Assembly (NCBI GenBank): GCA_018398765.1
Contig: JAHBMJ010000044.1
Location: forward strand, 1 to 58,730
Source: Chromera velia
Taxonomy: Eukaryota
Reading direction: 5' to 3'
Length of the DNA: 58,730 nt
The position numbers and the translations under genes are program-made. Each line of letters opens with the position of its first letter. Within the stretch, counting starts at the first letter, position 1. The notes under the pieces are model-generated. The model ran no database searches, was not told where the DNA came from, and was given only the letters and a program-made list of their open reading frames with translations. Of this stretch, positions 27,772-38,486 are shown in pieces.

Positions 27772-28476
27772 GGGGGGGGGGGGGGNGGGGGGGGGGGGGG
27801 GAGGAAGAAAGGAAGAAACAGTGGGAGAGGGAGAAAACCGCGAGAGAGAACGACGAGAACAAAGACAAAAAAGAAGGGGATACGAAAAGCGAAGTAAGAG
27901 GAGATTGTACAGGCACAAAACACTTATTCCCAGAAATAGAGACAGCACAGAAAAAAGGTGCCAGGCCAAGCACGAACTGAAGGAGTCATTAGGAAGACTG
28001 AAACAAGAGAGCACATGCATTTTCGAGAGCAAAAACATATTCAGACGCAGGGACGTACTTCCAGGGCTCAAATGTTAGAACGTTCCCGGCGAGTCCTGTG
28101 AAGCCTGTAGCATTGAATGCCGGCACAGTCGGTGCCCCAAAGTCTTGGCAGCTACGTCCCCTGAACGAACCAAGAATGGGAAAAGCAAGAAGAAGGGCAC
28201 GAGAGGGAGCGACACGTGTGAGCTTGCCTGTCGTCATCCACTTCCTTCCTTCCTTCCTTCCTTCCTTCCTTCCCTTTTTCCTCCCTTTCTTTCTTTGTGT
28301 TTTGTTCCTTCCTTGCTTCATTTTTTCGTCTGCTTCTTTCTTTCTTTTGTTATCTTGCAACCTCAGTTTGGTCTGGTTCCTTCATTCTGGCTCTCTTTAA
28401 TTCTCTTTCTCTCTTCCTCTCCTTCTCCTTCTCCTGCTCCTTCTCCCCCTCTCACTCTCTCTCTGTCTCTCTGTCT

Positions 28477-28510
<34 letters not shown>

Positions 28511-29933
28511 TTTGTCTATCTATCTACCTTTTTATCTGTCTACCCATCTCTCTTTCTTTGTATTCATACACCCATCCATTTTTCCGTGTTTGTCTGTCTG
28601 TCTGTCCGTAAGTTGTTCCTGTGTGCCAGTCTTTCGAGTTTCTCTGTTTCAAAATGGGTGTTCATTCCCTCTATTGCCCTGCCAATTTATGAGTACCACT
28701 TAGTGGGACTACTGACCACCCTTCAATCACTCGAAAGTGCTCGCAAGTCGCATTGGCGCTTCCCGACGCAGGGGGAATCCTGTTGACTTTGAGGAGGTAC
28801 GGCGTGTTTGAGAGCTGGAAGCGCTCCAGGCCTCCAGCAATAAAAGTGTAATCGCACGGAGGCAGCATGCACGGAATGCCATCGGCGCCCCCGAAGGTCA
28901 ACCCAGCTGGACATTCGCACGTGACGTTCCCCGGCTGCCCCCAGATATTGTTGCACGTTGCCGTGGGGTGGCACTTGTGAGTGTCCAAGAGGCAGTCGTC
29001 AACCTCTGCGAGCACGGGCAGGTTGCGTACACAGACGGAAGAGGGGGAGCGAGGCGTCTGATGAAAAGCACAGAAATCCAATAATAGTTTGTGACAGAAG
29101 AAGAGCAGTCAAAGTTCCTTCAAGGCGACCTCGCATGAGAGAAAACTATCGGTCATTCAACAGCGAAGACAAAAACAAGTGGGGCTGTACTGTAGGGGAA
29201 GAGGGGGCCGGTGGGATGTCATGGCGGCAGGTGGAGAAAGATCTGCAGCCTGAAGAGTGCCTGTTCAGACCACAATCAGAGTGCGCCATTCGCGTCGCGG
29301 GTAGAAATGGGTACAATGGAACAGCCGACCCTCCTTCTCTGACCGATGCACGTGAGCCCATTGTCATTCGTCTGGTACCCGGTGTTGCAATTGCATTCAA
29401 AGCTGCCTTCAGTGTTCGAACATGTGCCGTTGCCTGAGCAGTCGTGGATCTGGTAGACGCACTCGTCGAGGTCTGCATAGAAACATTTGAGGGATTTCGT
29501 CTTATATCGTCTATATCGTCTTATAGACAGACAGACAGACAGACAGACAGACGCGCACGCAGACGCACTCGTCGAGGTCTGCATGGAAACATTTGAGGGA
29601 TACTCATAGGAAGGCCCACACGATCTCACAGATAGACAGACAGACAGACGCACTCGTCGAGGTCTGCATAGAGAGACATCAAGTTAATGAGCTTCTGGTA
29701 AGCGACTCATTCGCTCCATTATTTGTGCGATAGAAATAACGTGTCATTCATGCACACGCAAATGGCACGTGGTCAGAGAAAAAAAAAAGCTCATCTGCGA
29801 CGGGGCGCCCTTCCCTTATCGAGTTATGGAGGAAGGAACATAAAGGATAGAGTCTGCGTTTCTTGAAAGAGAGACAAAGTGGAAAAAAACCGCCAGACTG
29901 AAAGAAAGCAAGCCCTGCGAGGGCAGGGAAAGA

Positions 29934-29976
<43 letters not shown>

Positions 29977-32817
29977 GCCCGACGAGAAAAAAGGGCAAAG
30001 AGATGGAAAAAGAAGGAGGCCAGGAGACAAATGAGAGGCACGCACAAGGCAGACGAATGCGCTGTCAACAGACACACAGACCGAGAAAGAGATAGAGAGA
30101 CAGATTGTGGAAGAATTCTTTTTTTTGCGCCCCTCACTGAGCGGGTTTCCTCTCTTCCTCACCTTTGTAGTCGAATGCCAGGACACGTAGGTTCTTCAGA
30201 GACAAGTACCCCAAAAATCTAGTAGCCTGCGACTCTGAGTTTCTCCTAAACACAAATCGTAAGATGCTCCCGAACCCCCCCCCCCTGTAGGTCACGTGGG
30301 AAAAGTCAAGGACGCGATTGTTGTCCGAGTTTTCATACGCATTTCTCGGGGTAGCGCTCTGTCCATAACTGTAACCGTGCAGCCCCGTCCAGTGAGAGTG
30401 GTTCCCAGAGTACAACTCGCCCTTGCTGGGGCCCTCGAGTGGAGCTTCAGCCCTGGCTTGAATTCCGTACCCCCATACCTTGATGTCACACGGTAGATAC
30501 AGTTCCAAAACGATGTAAGGTTCCTGATCTACCGCCCCTGGGTTCTGCGGAGTCCAGATCTTGTCTTTGGCTTTGTAATTGGAGTGTTCAGTTTGGTCAG
30601 CATCGTCGTCAGCTACAGGATCGTTCGCGTAGTCAAAAGCTCCGCTGAGAGGCATCTCTGACCTTTCAAATAAATTGGCTGCGTTATTGAGATGCCAATC
30701 TTTGTCAGAGACGATTCGGTAAGTTCCGGGACAGAAAGATCCAGTGTATTCCTTGTACATCTCAAATCGGGGGGCGGGATACTTCTGCCAAGTGCTGCCG
30801 ATGCCGATGTCAAGAGGAGGGATCCATTGCAGGGCTGCACAAACAGGAGGGAGAAATGCGTAATGGAACCGACTTTCAAGAGACACGCTTGCGCGTCTCT
30901 CTCTCTCTCTCCCTCTCTCTCTCTCTGTGTGTGTGTGTGTGTATGTGTGTGTAGTCGTCCATCTGTCTGTCCTTTTATCCATTCATCCGTCTGTCTGTCT
31001 CTCCATCGGTCGCCCTGCCGTCTGCCTCTCCTTCTGTCTCTCAGCTTGTCTTTCTTTCTGTCGCTGTCGATCATCTGTTTGTCAATCCGTCCTTCTTTCT
31101 TGCTTGCTTTCTTTCCTTCCTTCTGTCTTTCTGTCTGTCTGTCTGTCCGTCCGTCCGTCCGTCCGTCCGTCTGTCCGTCCGTCCGTCTGTCTGTCTGTCT
31201 GTCTGCCTGCTTTTTCTTGCTTCCTTGCCATCTTTCTGTCTGCCTGCCTGGCAGCCTGCCAGCCTTTCTGTTTGTCTGTCGGTCTATCTGTCTGACCATC
31301 TGTCGGTCTTGCGGTTTGTGTGTCTCTCTCAAGTTTGGCCTGTCTACGGTTCTGCTTTGCCTCCCTCCTTTCGCATGGTTTAACAGCTGCTTGTTCTTCG
31401 TTCTTGCCTTCTCTGGCTCGTCGTGTCGCAATTGGGTTCTGTCTCTCTGTGTCTCTTGGTGTTGGGACAATTAACAATCTGCAGATAGACATGCAGCCTT
31501 CTGAGGGAGGGAGAAGGGGGAAATAGCTGAGCCACTCATTGACCGTTCCAGGAGGATGCCTTCAACTGAATGTCCCCGAGGCTCGCAGGCGCAGCATTTT
31601 TATTTTGAACCTTGTGTATTGTGAATCTGAACCGAAGAAACGCGCCCATCGTCTCATCGGAGTCAAAATTTTTCCACTCCCCATGGTTTTGCCACGTTAT
31701 GCCTTCCCATGAGTCGAGTGGTACCAAATTGATTCCATCGTTAGTTCCGTGGACCGACAACTTCCAGGGCATCAAATTCTCGTGCCCATCGTTCCGCGAC
31801 TGGATATCATACTCGTCTAGAACAATTGCACACGGGAATTCAATTTCAACCCAGGATGCGGACTCCCCGGGTTCGTTCCTGCCCGTGACAGGAAAACCCG
31901 TCTCCCAAATTTTGCCTCCGTGTTCTCCGTACTCCCCATTTTGTCTGTCGAAGGCTCCTGGAGGTCTCATGGCCATCTCTGGGTGTTCATCAGCGTCCGG
32001 TCCACCATGCCATGCTGCATTTGTGCGTACTTTATACCATCCAGGGCAAACGCTGAGGGGGTTGTCTGGGTCTACTACATAGTTTCTTAAGAACACCCAG
32101 GTTATTGGATTAGGATGAACATGCTCAAGAGTCATGAGCCAGCCCGACCCGGCTCCTATGTCGGCAGGCGGAAACAATGTGTGTGATACTGTGCCAGAGA
32201 CGCTCACAGTGCCTGCAGGCGTCAATTGAAAGAAAGATATAGGAGAACCTGTCGGGATACGCGTGTACACGCAATCCGTGACTATACTTTGACAGGAAAA
32301 CCAACTGCGTGATTCAGAGAACCAGAATTAGTGCAGGGGGGCGGAACCCCCCTAACACAAGGATGACCATGCAAGGGTGGACACAAAAAAAGGCACCGAG
32401 AGGGGGGGAAGAGGACATGCATGCGATGAGAGAGAAGACAAAAACTGAACAAACTGCAGAGAGAGGGAAATCGAAGAGTTTCAACGGGGGGTACATGATA
32501 TGCTTGCTTGTCATCTGCATGGGTGCATAGGGCAGGGGGGTATCCTTCATTGTGCTCCAAAACAGCAAAACACAGCTGGTAAGGTAATGCTGTGCAGGTA
32601 ATCGCAAGGCAGACATAAGACTGTAGATTGTAATAGCAACAGCGTTTTCAAGAGCTCACCGCGTATGGCATGCATACTTCGCTCCTGCGGGTTCTTTCTT
32701 TTTTCGCTTTGAAGCCATCAATTGGTACGCATTTCACCACAGCTCATTTTGCACATCTTGCTGACCAAAAAGTACGACAAAAACTGCCACAAAAGATAGA
32801 ACAACACCCCGACGCAT
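145..32817 (-). CDS. Giant multi-exon secreted/surface modular cysteine-rich protein (CRMP-like architecture); 3' part runs off the left window edge
   Basis: Roughly 40 minus-strand coding blocks bounded by AG/GT sites. ATG at 32817 gives the signal peptide MRRGVVLSFVAVFVVLFG/TVSVSG. Reading phase was checked across exons 1-6. The last visible exon (~145-253, CEDAREFN...CTKCSSGSFK) ends at a GTCAGT donor. Continuity as one single gene over the whole span was not verified for every junction. Confidence 0.75.
2994..5180 (-). CDS. Exon cluster of GCC2/GCC3 (ephrin-receptor-like) Cys repeats
   Basis: CRPCPPGTYK...CPDNSTS...GA, CNAGY...CIPC...HYK, CLPCPPGTFK and CVDCPKGFFCVGG. Exons 3638-4224 and 2994-3389 have clear splice sites. 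Confidence 0.8.
7775..8079 (-). CDS. Exon with NHL/beta-propeller repeat
   Basis: FSYPHGVAI...VLYVADTGNHRIVQL matches the NHL consensus; GTGCAG acceptor and GTAAGT donor. Confidence 0.75.
17800..20840 (-). CDS. Three exons each carrying a C-type-lectin-like 'C-x3-GL-x-LC-x3-E' module
   Basis: HMCKQRGLRLCNVDEV (~20710-20755), QTCTDKGLALCTLDEL (~18945-18990) and HCKSKGLKLCSYEEIC (~18020-18070). The fold assignment is inference from the motif. Confidence 0.6.
22934..23180. repeat. Intronic minisatellite, ~37-41 bp unit, about 6 copies
   Basis: Repeated AGAAAGGAGGCTGTAG(AGAG)AACGCGAAGGCTGGCGATAGC. Confidence 0.95.
28717..29005 (-). CDS. Exon 5: second EGF-like domain plus linker
   Basis: EVDDCLLDTHKCHPTATCNN...CECPAG; the phase-2 GTCAGT donor joins in frame to the exon starting at 28160. 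Confidence 0.8.
29344..29472 (-). CDS. Exon 4: calcium-binding EGF domain
   Basis: DLDECVYQIHDCSGNGTCSNTEGSFECNCNTGY matches the EGF_CA consensus; 129 nt, phase 1-1. Confidence 0.9.
30163..30834 (-). CDS. Exon 3: discoidin-like domain, copy 2
   Basis: GTGCAG acceptor and GTGAGG donor, 672 nt, phase 1-1. WIPPLDIG, CPGTYR, GAFD, LELYLPC and YGIQAR align by eye with exon 2. Confidence 0.75.
31544..32212 (-). CDS. Exon 2: discoidin/F5-8 type C (galactose-binding-like) domain, copy 1
   Basis: CTGCAG acceptor, 669 nt, phase 1-1. Motifs GAFD, WVEIEFP, YDIQSR, PWKLSVHGTNDG and FRFTI are typical of the coagulation factor 5/8 C-type fold. Confidence 0.75.
32766..32817 (-). CDS. Exon 1 of left gene: signal peptide MRRGVVLSFVAVFVVLF-G
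   Basis: ATG plus a basic N-region and hydrophobic core; phase-1 donor GTCAGC at 32765; conserved in the paralogue at 52893-52944. Confidence 0.85.
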
Positions 32818-32819
32818 GT

Positions 32820-33410
32820 TGTTGATCGAGTTTGTCTTGTCTCCTTTCTCGTTCAGTCTGGTTGAGGGTGTTGTTCTTGGTGTCGCCTCTCTCTCGCTTC
32901 TGTGCACGGGCCTGAGTCTGACTGCTCAAGCCGGAATCGTTTCTGCAGAAAAAAGGGGGGCGGGTCACTCTGTCCACGATGTTTTCATCCATGAAGACCG
33001 CAACACTCTGTCTAGGAAGTGCGTGACCGAAAAGGTACGCAAGGAGTCAGCCCACCAATCAGCCCCTTCGCGACAAATTCCCGGGAGATCCGCTCTCGTA
33101 CAGTTAGAAAAACCAGTTCCTTTGTGGATTTCTTCTCTGATTCGATCACACTATCAATTTTTCACAGGAACGGGATCGACATGCCGACCGACCCTAGCGA
33201 AGCAACGTGTTGCATCAGCATGTGGACTTGTTTCAAGTTCGGAAATCGACTGTTGTTTGCGACACAAAAGCGCAGTGTCACATATTTGGTTCACTCAAAA
33301 GTGAAAAGTGAAGGACGACAGATCAGGCGGATGGAGCAAACGTCGGCAAACTTGCTTGGAAAAGCCTTGCATGAACGTACGTAAGTACGTATACGTATAT
33401 ACATGGAAAC
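32820..33410 (-). promoter_or_regulatory. 5' UTR/upstream region of left gene, homologous (inverted) to ~52270-52890
   Basis: Shared blocks, e.g. TTTCTCGTTCAGTCTGGTTGAGGGTGTTG, ACGTGTTGCATCA and AAAAGTGAA, are present as reverse complements upstream of the paralogue. Confidence 0.6.
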
Positions 33411-34776
33411 AGTTTGTATACGTACGTATGTAGACGTAAACCCGACAGTTTGTATATGCATGGGGCGAGCATCGCGCGCCGAAGAATTTTAGACTACAGT
33501 GCAGTCGAGACGTACACAAACTTTGTTTTTTGTCAATTCTGGCGATTCGGCTACACCAGCGGCTACGCGTTATGCTACGCATAGAAAGACCACTAAACGG
33601 TTAGACCCCCCCGGGCCTTGTCCAGTTTCTGACTGCTTAAACAAACAAAGGCAGCGACATTTATCCATCTGGCTTATGATGAACCAAGAATGCTTAATTA
33701 AATTAAAAGTTTATGATAGAAGTTTATTTTAGGATTTCTCCAGCCGGCCTGGGGATGTTTTTCGGATCGAGCCGTATTCTACCATATTCATCGGTCGGCG
33801 GACACATGCATAGACAGACGTCAAGCATAAAGATGTTGTGTTGCAATGTAGTAATACATAGTAATACATGCAGAAACCGAATTTAAACGATCGATCCATC
33901 GTAGCAACTCTTAAGATGGATATGCACGCCCCTCTACAAGTATAAAAAATACACAATCCGAAAACACAGGGAGCTCAAAAAGTCGTTGAAAAAGACAGTA
34001 AAAGTCCGGTAACCAGTAACAATCCTATATAGGTTATCAAAATGTACTCTGTTGTAGCTTTATAATGTCTCGTTCATGTACAAATATACAGGCTGTTACG
34101 ATATCTCAACTTATATAATATAAATTTTGAGCAACATGCCTAGCAACATACATGTTATGCCCCACAGTTGGCCAGAGCCTAAATGGCGTGCTCACCAGCT
34201 TTAATTGCCTCAATTCAATTTAATTAAATTCAATTCAACAATAAAAATTTTAACAATTAAGCTTTGGCCAAAAAGGCCCCCGGGAAAGCTTTAACCATGC
34301 AGTAACAAAAAGTTTAACCAAATTTGGCTGGCCAGCCGAACCGTTTCGATCATAGCCACAAAAAAAATCGGTAACTTTGTGGCTAACACGATCGAAAGAA
34401 AAGCTAGAAAAAGAGTCAAACGTTTTTACTACCCTTGTGATAGGCCAATGCGCATATATACTGCATGAACTGGCATATTCGAGTCATAAAAATACGTGCC
34501 TTGCATGCTGATCCTAGTGCTGATCAAGACTGACATGTGTACCCTGCAGGGCGATCACGGCATAGAGAACCCGGCACATAAACATTTTAGAAGAAGAAAA
34601 AAGGGACCAATCAACCGAGTTCCCCGCTGAGCTTACGAACTCTTAATTCGGAGCATGCAGAAGGAATACAAAATAAGTCAGTCATCGAGCGCCAATGAGT
34701 ATGCTTGGACAACCAAAAACGCCCACACACATTGATCCATACATCATGCCATGAAAGGCAGGGAAACAGAAAGAGT

Positions 34777-36262
34777 TCACGAAGTTCGCTCGAGACACTC
34801 CCACTGAAACCCCACAATAGAAGTTTCACAATTCACACACAGAGTGGAAGGAAGAGAGGTTCTCCAAGAGGAAATCTCATCGACAATCGCTTCTTGTGTC
34901 TCATGAGGGACACTCTCTGCCCCCGTCGCCCTCCCAGCCTCACTCTGCTGTTTCTTCACGCGGCGTTGTTTCTTCTCCTCTCGACCCAAACTCTCCCGCA
35001 CCTGAACCTCGGCCTCAGCCCTTACCAGGCAGGTTACCTTCTCCTCCATGCACATGGAGCACCTCCCCTTCTCTCGGGCCTCACCCTCTTTCGCGCGTAC
35101 CTGGGCAGCCAAGCCTCCCTCAGGCACAGTCACTCTCATGTGTCTAAGCCGCAACAACTGAGCCTCAGCAAAGGCCATCATGCGACGGTGAGAGTTCATG
35201 AGAGGGGCGGATGTCTGCTCCCCCATCTTCTCAGTCTGCTCCAAGAGACTGGAGATCGATCCGAGATTCTCGAGAGTCTGTCGGAGGCTGTACTCCACCA
35301 CCGCAACATTCAAGGCAGCAGCCAGGTCCGCCATTCCCATCTGAAAGGCCACGTAGGGAATGGACATCTCCCGAACCGTCAAGGTAGGGTCCACCCGCTC
35401 GCAAGCCAAGAGAAGGGAGACGACCTCGAGTCTCTTGTTCACAACAGCCAAGTACAGAGGCCTGCACGCAGATGGCAATTTCAGAAGGGAATTGTTGGTG
35501 GATGCTGCCCTGGATACGGAGGGGAAAGAGGGATGGGTGTTCTTTTTTTGTTGCATGCGACTCCTTACCACCACTTCATGCTTCCCTTCTTGGCTCAACG
35601 CGCTTTTGTCTTTTCTTCCATTTTGCCTTCCTTTCCCCCACTTCATCCGGGTTGTAGTGGAAAGGACATACATCTACAGAACAACAAAAAGAGCAGGCGA
35701 CTCACGTGTCTCCGTATGTGGTTCGAGCGTTCACCTGCACTCTCTCGTCATTCAAGAGAAGCATGACCACTCCGGGATGTCCTGCCTCCGCAGCGGTGTG
35801 AAGGGGTGTGAAGCCGTCCTCTCCACCACCATTTGGATCAATCCGTTTGGATGCAAGTCCTGCAGCAACCTCCACACCCCACCCAGCCTTGCAGCACATG
35901 TAAAACTTGCTCTGTGCAGATCTCTTCTCGCCGTCTCGTCTTTGCTGTTCGAGGGCAGCCCGCTGTTCCTGGACGTACACGCGCTCACCCTTGCACTGCT
36001 TGCCGCCATGGGCCTCCAAAAGATGAAAGAGCCCATTGGAAACGCAGCTGTTCATGGCAGGACATTGCGGACACTTTGACGGCCAAGAGCGCGCAGTAAG
36101 CACCTGCCAGGAGACGCCGCCAGAATGGATTGCTTTGACGTGTTGCTTCAGCGCACCAAACGCGTCCCCGTCTTTCGGACGGAAAAACATCAAACAGTCA
36201 GGACATCGGGCAAATGGGACGCGTGGTAGCTTAGAGCTTTTCTGCCACGTTGCACCCAACAT
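34777..36262 (-). CDS. C2H2 zinc-finger + ankyrin-repeat protein with partial RING-like and ZZ-like Cys motifs (exons 35706-36262 and 34777-35461)
   Basis: CPDC...HVKAIH and CPQC...H..EAH; GFTPLHTAAEAGH. Splicing GTGAGT to TGCAG rebuilds the ankyrin motif GDT/PLYLAV. CSMCMEE and CVNC...GFQWECLE follow. Start and 3' end are uncertain. Confidence 0.7.
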
Positions 36263-37278
36263 TCTAGCTTTTTTTACAAAAAAACAAGGGACGTCTCCGA
36301 AAAGCTGTTCAATGAAACCCACGAATTCGAATGAAAAGGGGGTAAGATTTCTCCAGTGTCTGCCAAAAGACGACACACGAATTGAGACGGGGCAGAGCAG
36401 TGAAATCGGCCGACGTTTTCTGCATGTACTGGATCGACAAGATTATGCAGTTAATTGTCCATTACAACAGACAATGGTCTGCCCCCGACGCGACTCTCGA
36501 CCCGATTCTTATATAGAAGTATCCGAGCTGAATTAGCCGATTACAGCCGCGCGCCGCGGCGCGGTCGACTGTGTGATGCTTGTGGGGCACGAACATCAAT
36601 CATTTTCACCTGGAAATTCACCAGCTCCGTGCGAACGCTAGGGTATGACACTCTTGAGCCTCGTCAGTCAGTTTCACTCAGCAATACCCCCCTTTCATCC
36701 CGCATACAAAATATCAACATGTCAAAACATGTTTTTTATGGTTATTGGACCAAAAGAACCAAATAAAGATGAAAAGTCTACCAGTTTTTGAACGATTTTG
36801 ACCTGAAAACAGTCAAAAACATGTTGGTGCCAACAAAAGTTCTGATTTACCGGTTCTGGCGGTTTAGGAACTAAAACACCCCCCCCTGAACCAAATGATA
36901 AGACCTTCCATTATATTTATTTCATTTTGTTTTGAGTTCTTTTGCATGAAAGACTTTATGGAACTAAGAATTGCTTTGGTTTTTGATAGTTCAGATGAGT
37001 TCCAGAAGTTCTCATTATGAGTTCATCAGTTGAAGAACCACCATCGTATAGAGAGCTGGAACCAACATTGGCACCCGACCTGTAACCGTGCAGAACCCCC
37101 CCCCTTTCTTTTGAACCACCCTAAAAACGTGTTTTTCTTGTATATCAAGATGTTTTTTCTTCAAAAAAAGATGTGAACGGGTGAAAATAAATGTATCAAA
37201 TGCAGTTCTTGCTGCTAGAACTCTCTGTGTATCGTAAAGTGTCTGCAGAGTGTCATACCCCAGGTGCGAACGTCCTTA

Positions 37279-37943
37279 GATCGCGATTTGTAATCTGATG
37301 CAAACAAGCTTGCGAACGGCCCCGGAAAGCAAGAAAAATGAGAACTGTACGATTGACGCACGCTGGCCAGCCTCGCGCCGACCCCCCCCCCCCCCNNNNN
37401 NNNNNNNNNNNNNNNNNNNNNNNNNNNNNNNNNNNNNNNNNNCCCCCCCCCGCGGGAAAAAAACATGCGCGGAACCTCCCCTTCCCCGGTAAGTGGACCA
37501 TCTGACGCACGTAGACGCACGCATCTCACAAATTCAGCCTTTCGGAGCCGGAGTTTTGGTGAAAGATCTGATGTAAGCAAGCTTGCGCACGGCCCTAGAA
37601 AGCAAGAAAGATGAGAACTGCACGATTGACATACGCCGGTCAGTATTGTGCCAACCCCCCCCTCCCACGCAAAAAAAACATGCGCGGAAGCCCCCCCTCC
37701 CCCGGGAAAAAAACCCGAAAGTAAGTGAACCATCTGACGCACGCATCTCGCAAATTTAGCCTTTCGGGGCCAGGTTTTTGGTGAAAGATCGGATGCAAGC
37801 AAGCTTGTGAATAACCCTGGAAAGCAAAAAAAATAAGAACTGCACGATTGATGCACGCCGGCCATTGCATGCCATTGTATGGTACATGTAAAGTAGCGCC
37901 GACCCCCCCCCCCCNCCCTGTAGGAAAAAAAGCAGCGCAGAAA
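37279..37943. repeat. ~225-270 bp tandem repeat, 3 copies; copy 3 resumes at 46306-46415 after the copia element; contains an N gap at 37396-37442
   Basis: CAAGCTTG...GAAAGCAA...AGAACTG(C/T)ACGATTGA recurs at ~37304, ~37578 and ~37800. CCATCTGAC...CAGCCTTT...TTTTGGYGAAAGA recurs at ~37498, ~37730 and ~46344. Confidence 0.9.
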
Positions 37944-38486
37944 TACAGAAAAGTGTGATGCTAGCTGTCCTACCATACAACTAGAGGAGACAGCAATATA
38001 ACTGAATCACCTCACATCCATTCACCAACTTACAGAAGGAGTCTGTCCAACCAGGGTAGAATCATCAGCTTTCACCTGTTCAAATCAATCTAGTGACTGT
38101 CAATGAAAAAATATTTTCTACGCGTACGCATAGCCTTTAAATCCATACTACCTTCCAGTTATACTCAAACTCGAGAGGCCCAAAGCAAGTCAATATCAAC
38201 ACGATCAACTCAAAGACACATGAAAATTCCGACCTGCCACAGCCAACCATCACTGTCACTCAGTCATTTACGAAGTGATCAGTGCTTAGCTAGCTACGCT
38301 CGATGTGCTGCACTCCATATTGAAGCAAGCTGTTTCAATCAAGTCAGCCTTTCAAGCATGCTCTTCAATTCAGTCTGCTTGCATGTGCACCCCAGACTGC
38401 CACGCTTCATCGCGCATCCGGATTCATAGCGGGCTTCTCGCTCGTAATGCACGCATTCTCGCTCACATCGCACACACACTTTTCAC
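37944..38486 (-). repeat. 3' LTR of copia element
   Basis: Direct repeat of 45763-46305 with about 44 substitutions by hand count and no indels. Subterminal inverted GAAAAGTG...CACTTTTC. Purine-rich GAGTGGGGGGTG (PPT) lies immediately internal on the minus strand. Confidence 0.92.

Noticed and set aside
32744..33304. ORFs 32744-32992 (-) and 32816-33304 (+)
   Set aside because: They overlap the real signal-peptide exon and upstream region, and are not conserved as full frames in the paralogue.
34705..36079. Plus-strand ORFs of 353 and 239 aa
   Set aside because: Antisense shadows of the ankyrin gene with no motifs of their own.
36826..37075. Possible MITE bounded by GGTGCCAA/TTGGCACC
   Set aside because: Only an 8 bp match and no target-site duplication.
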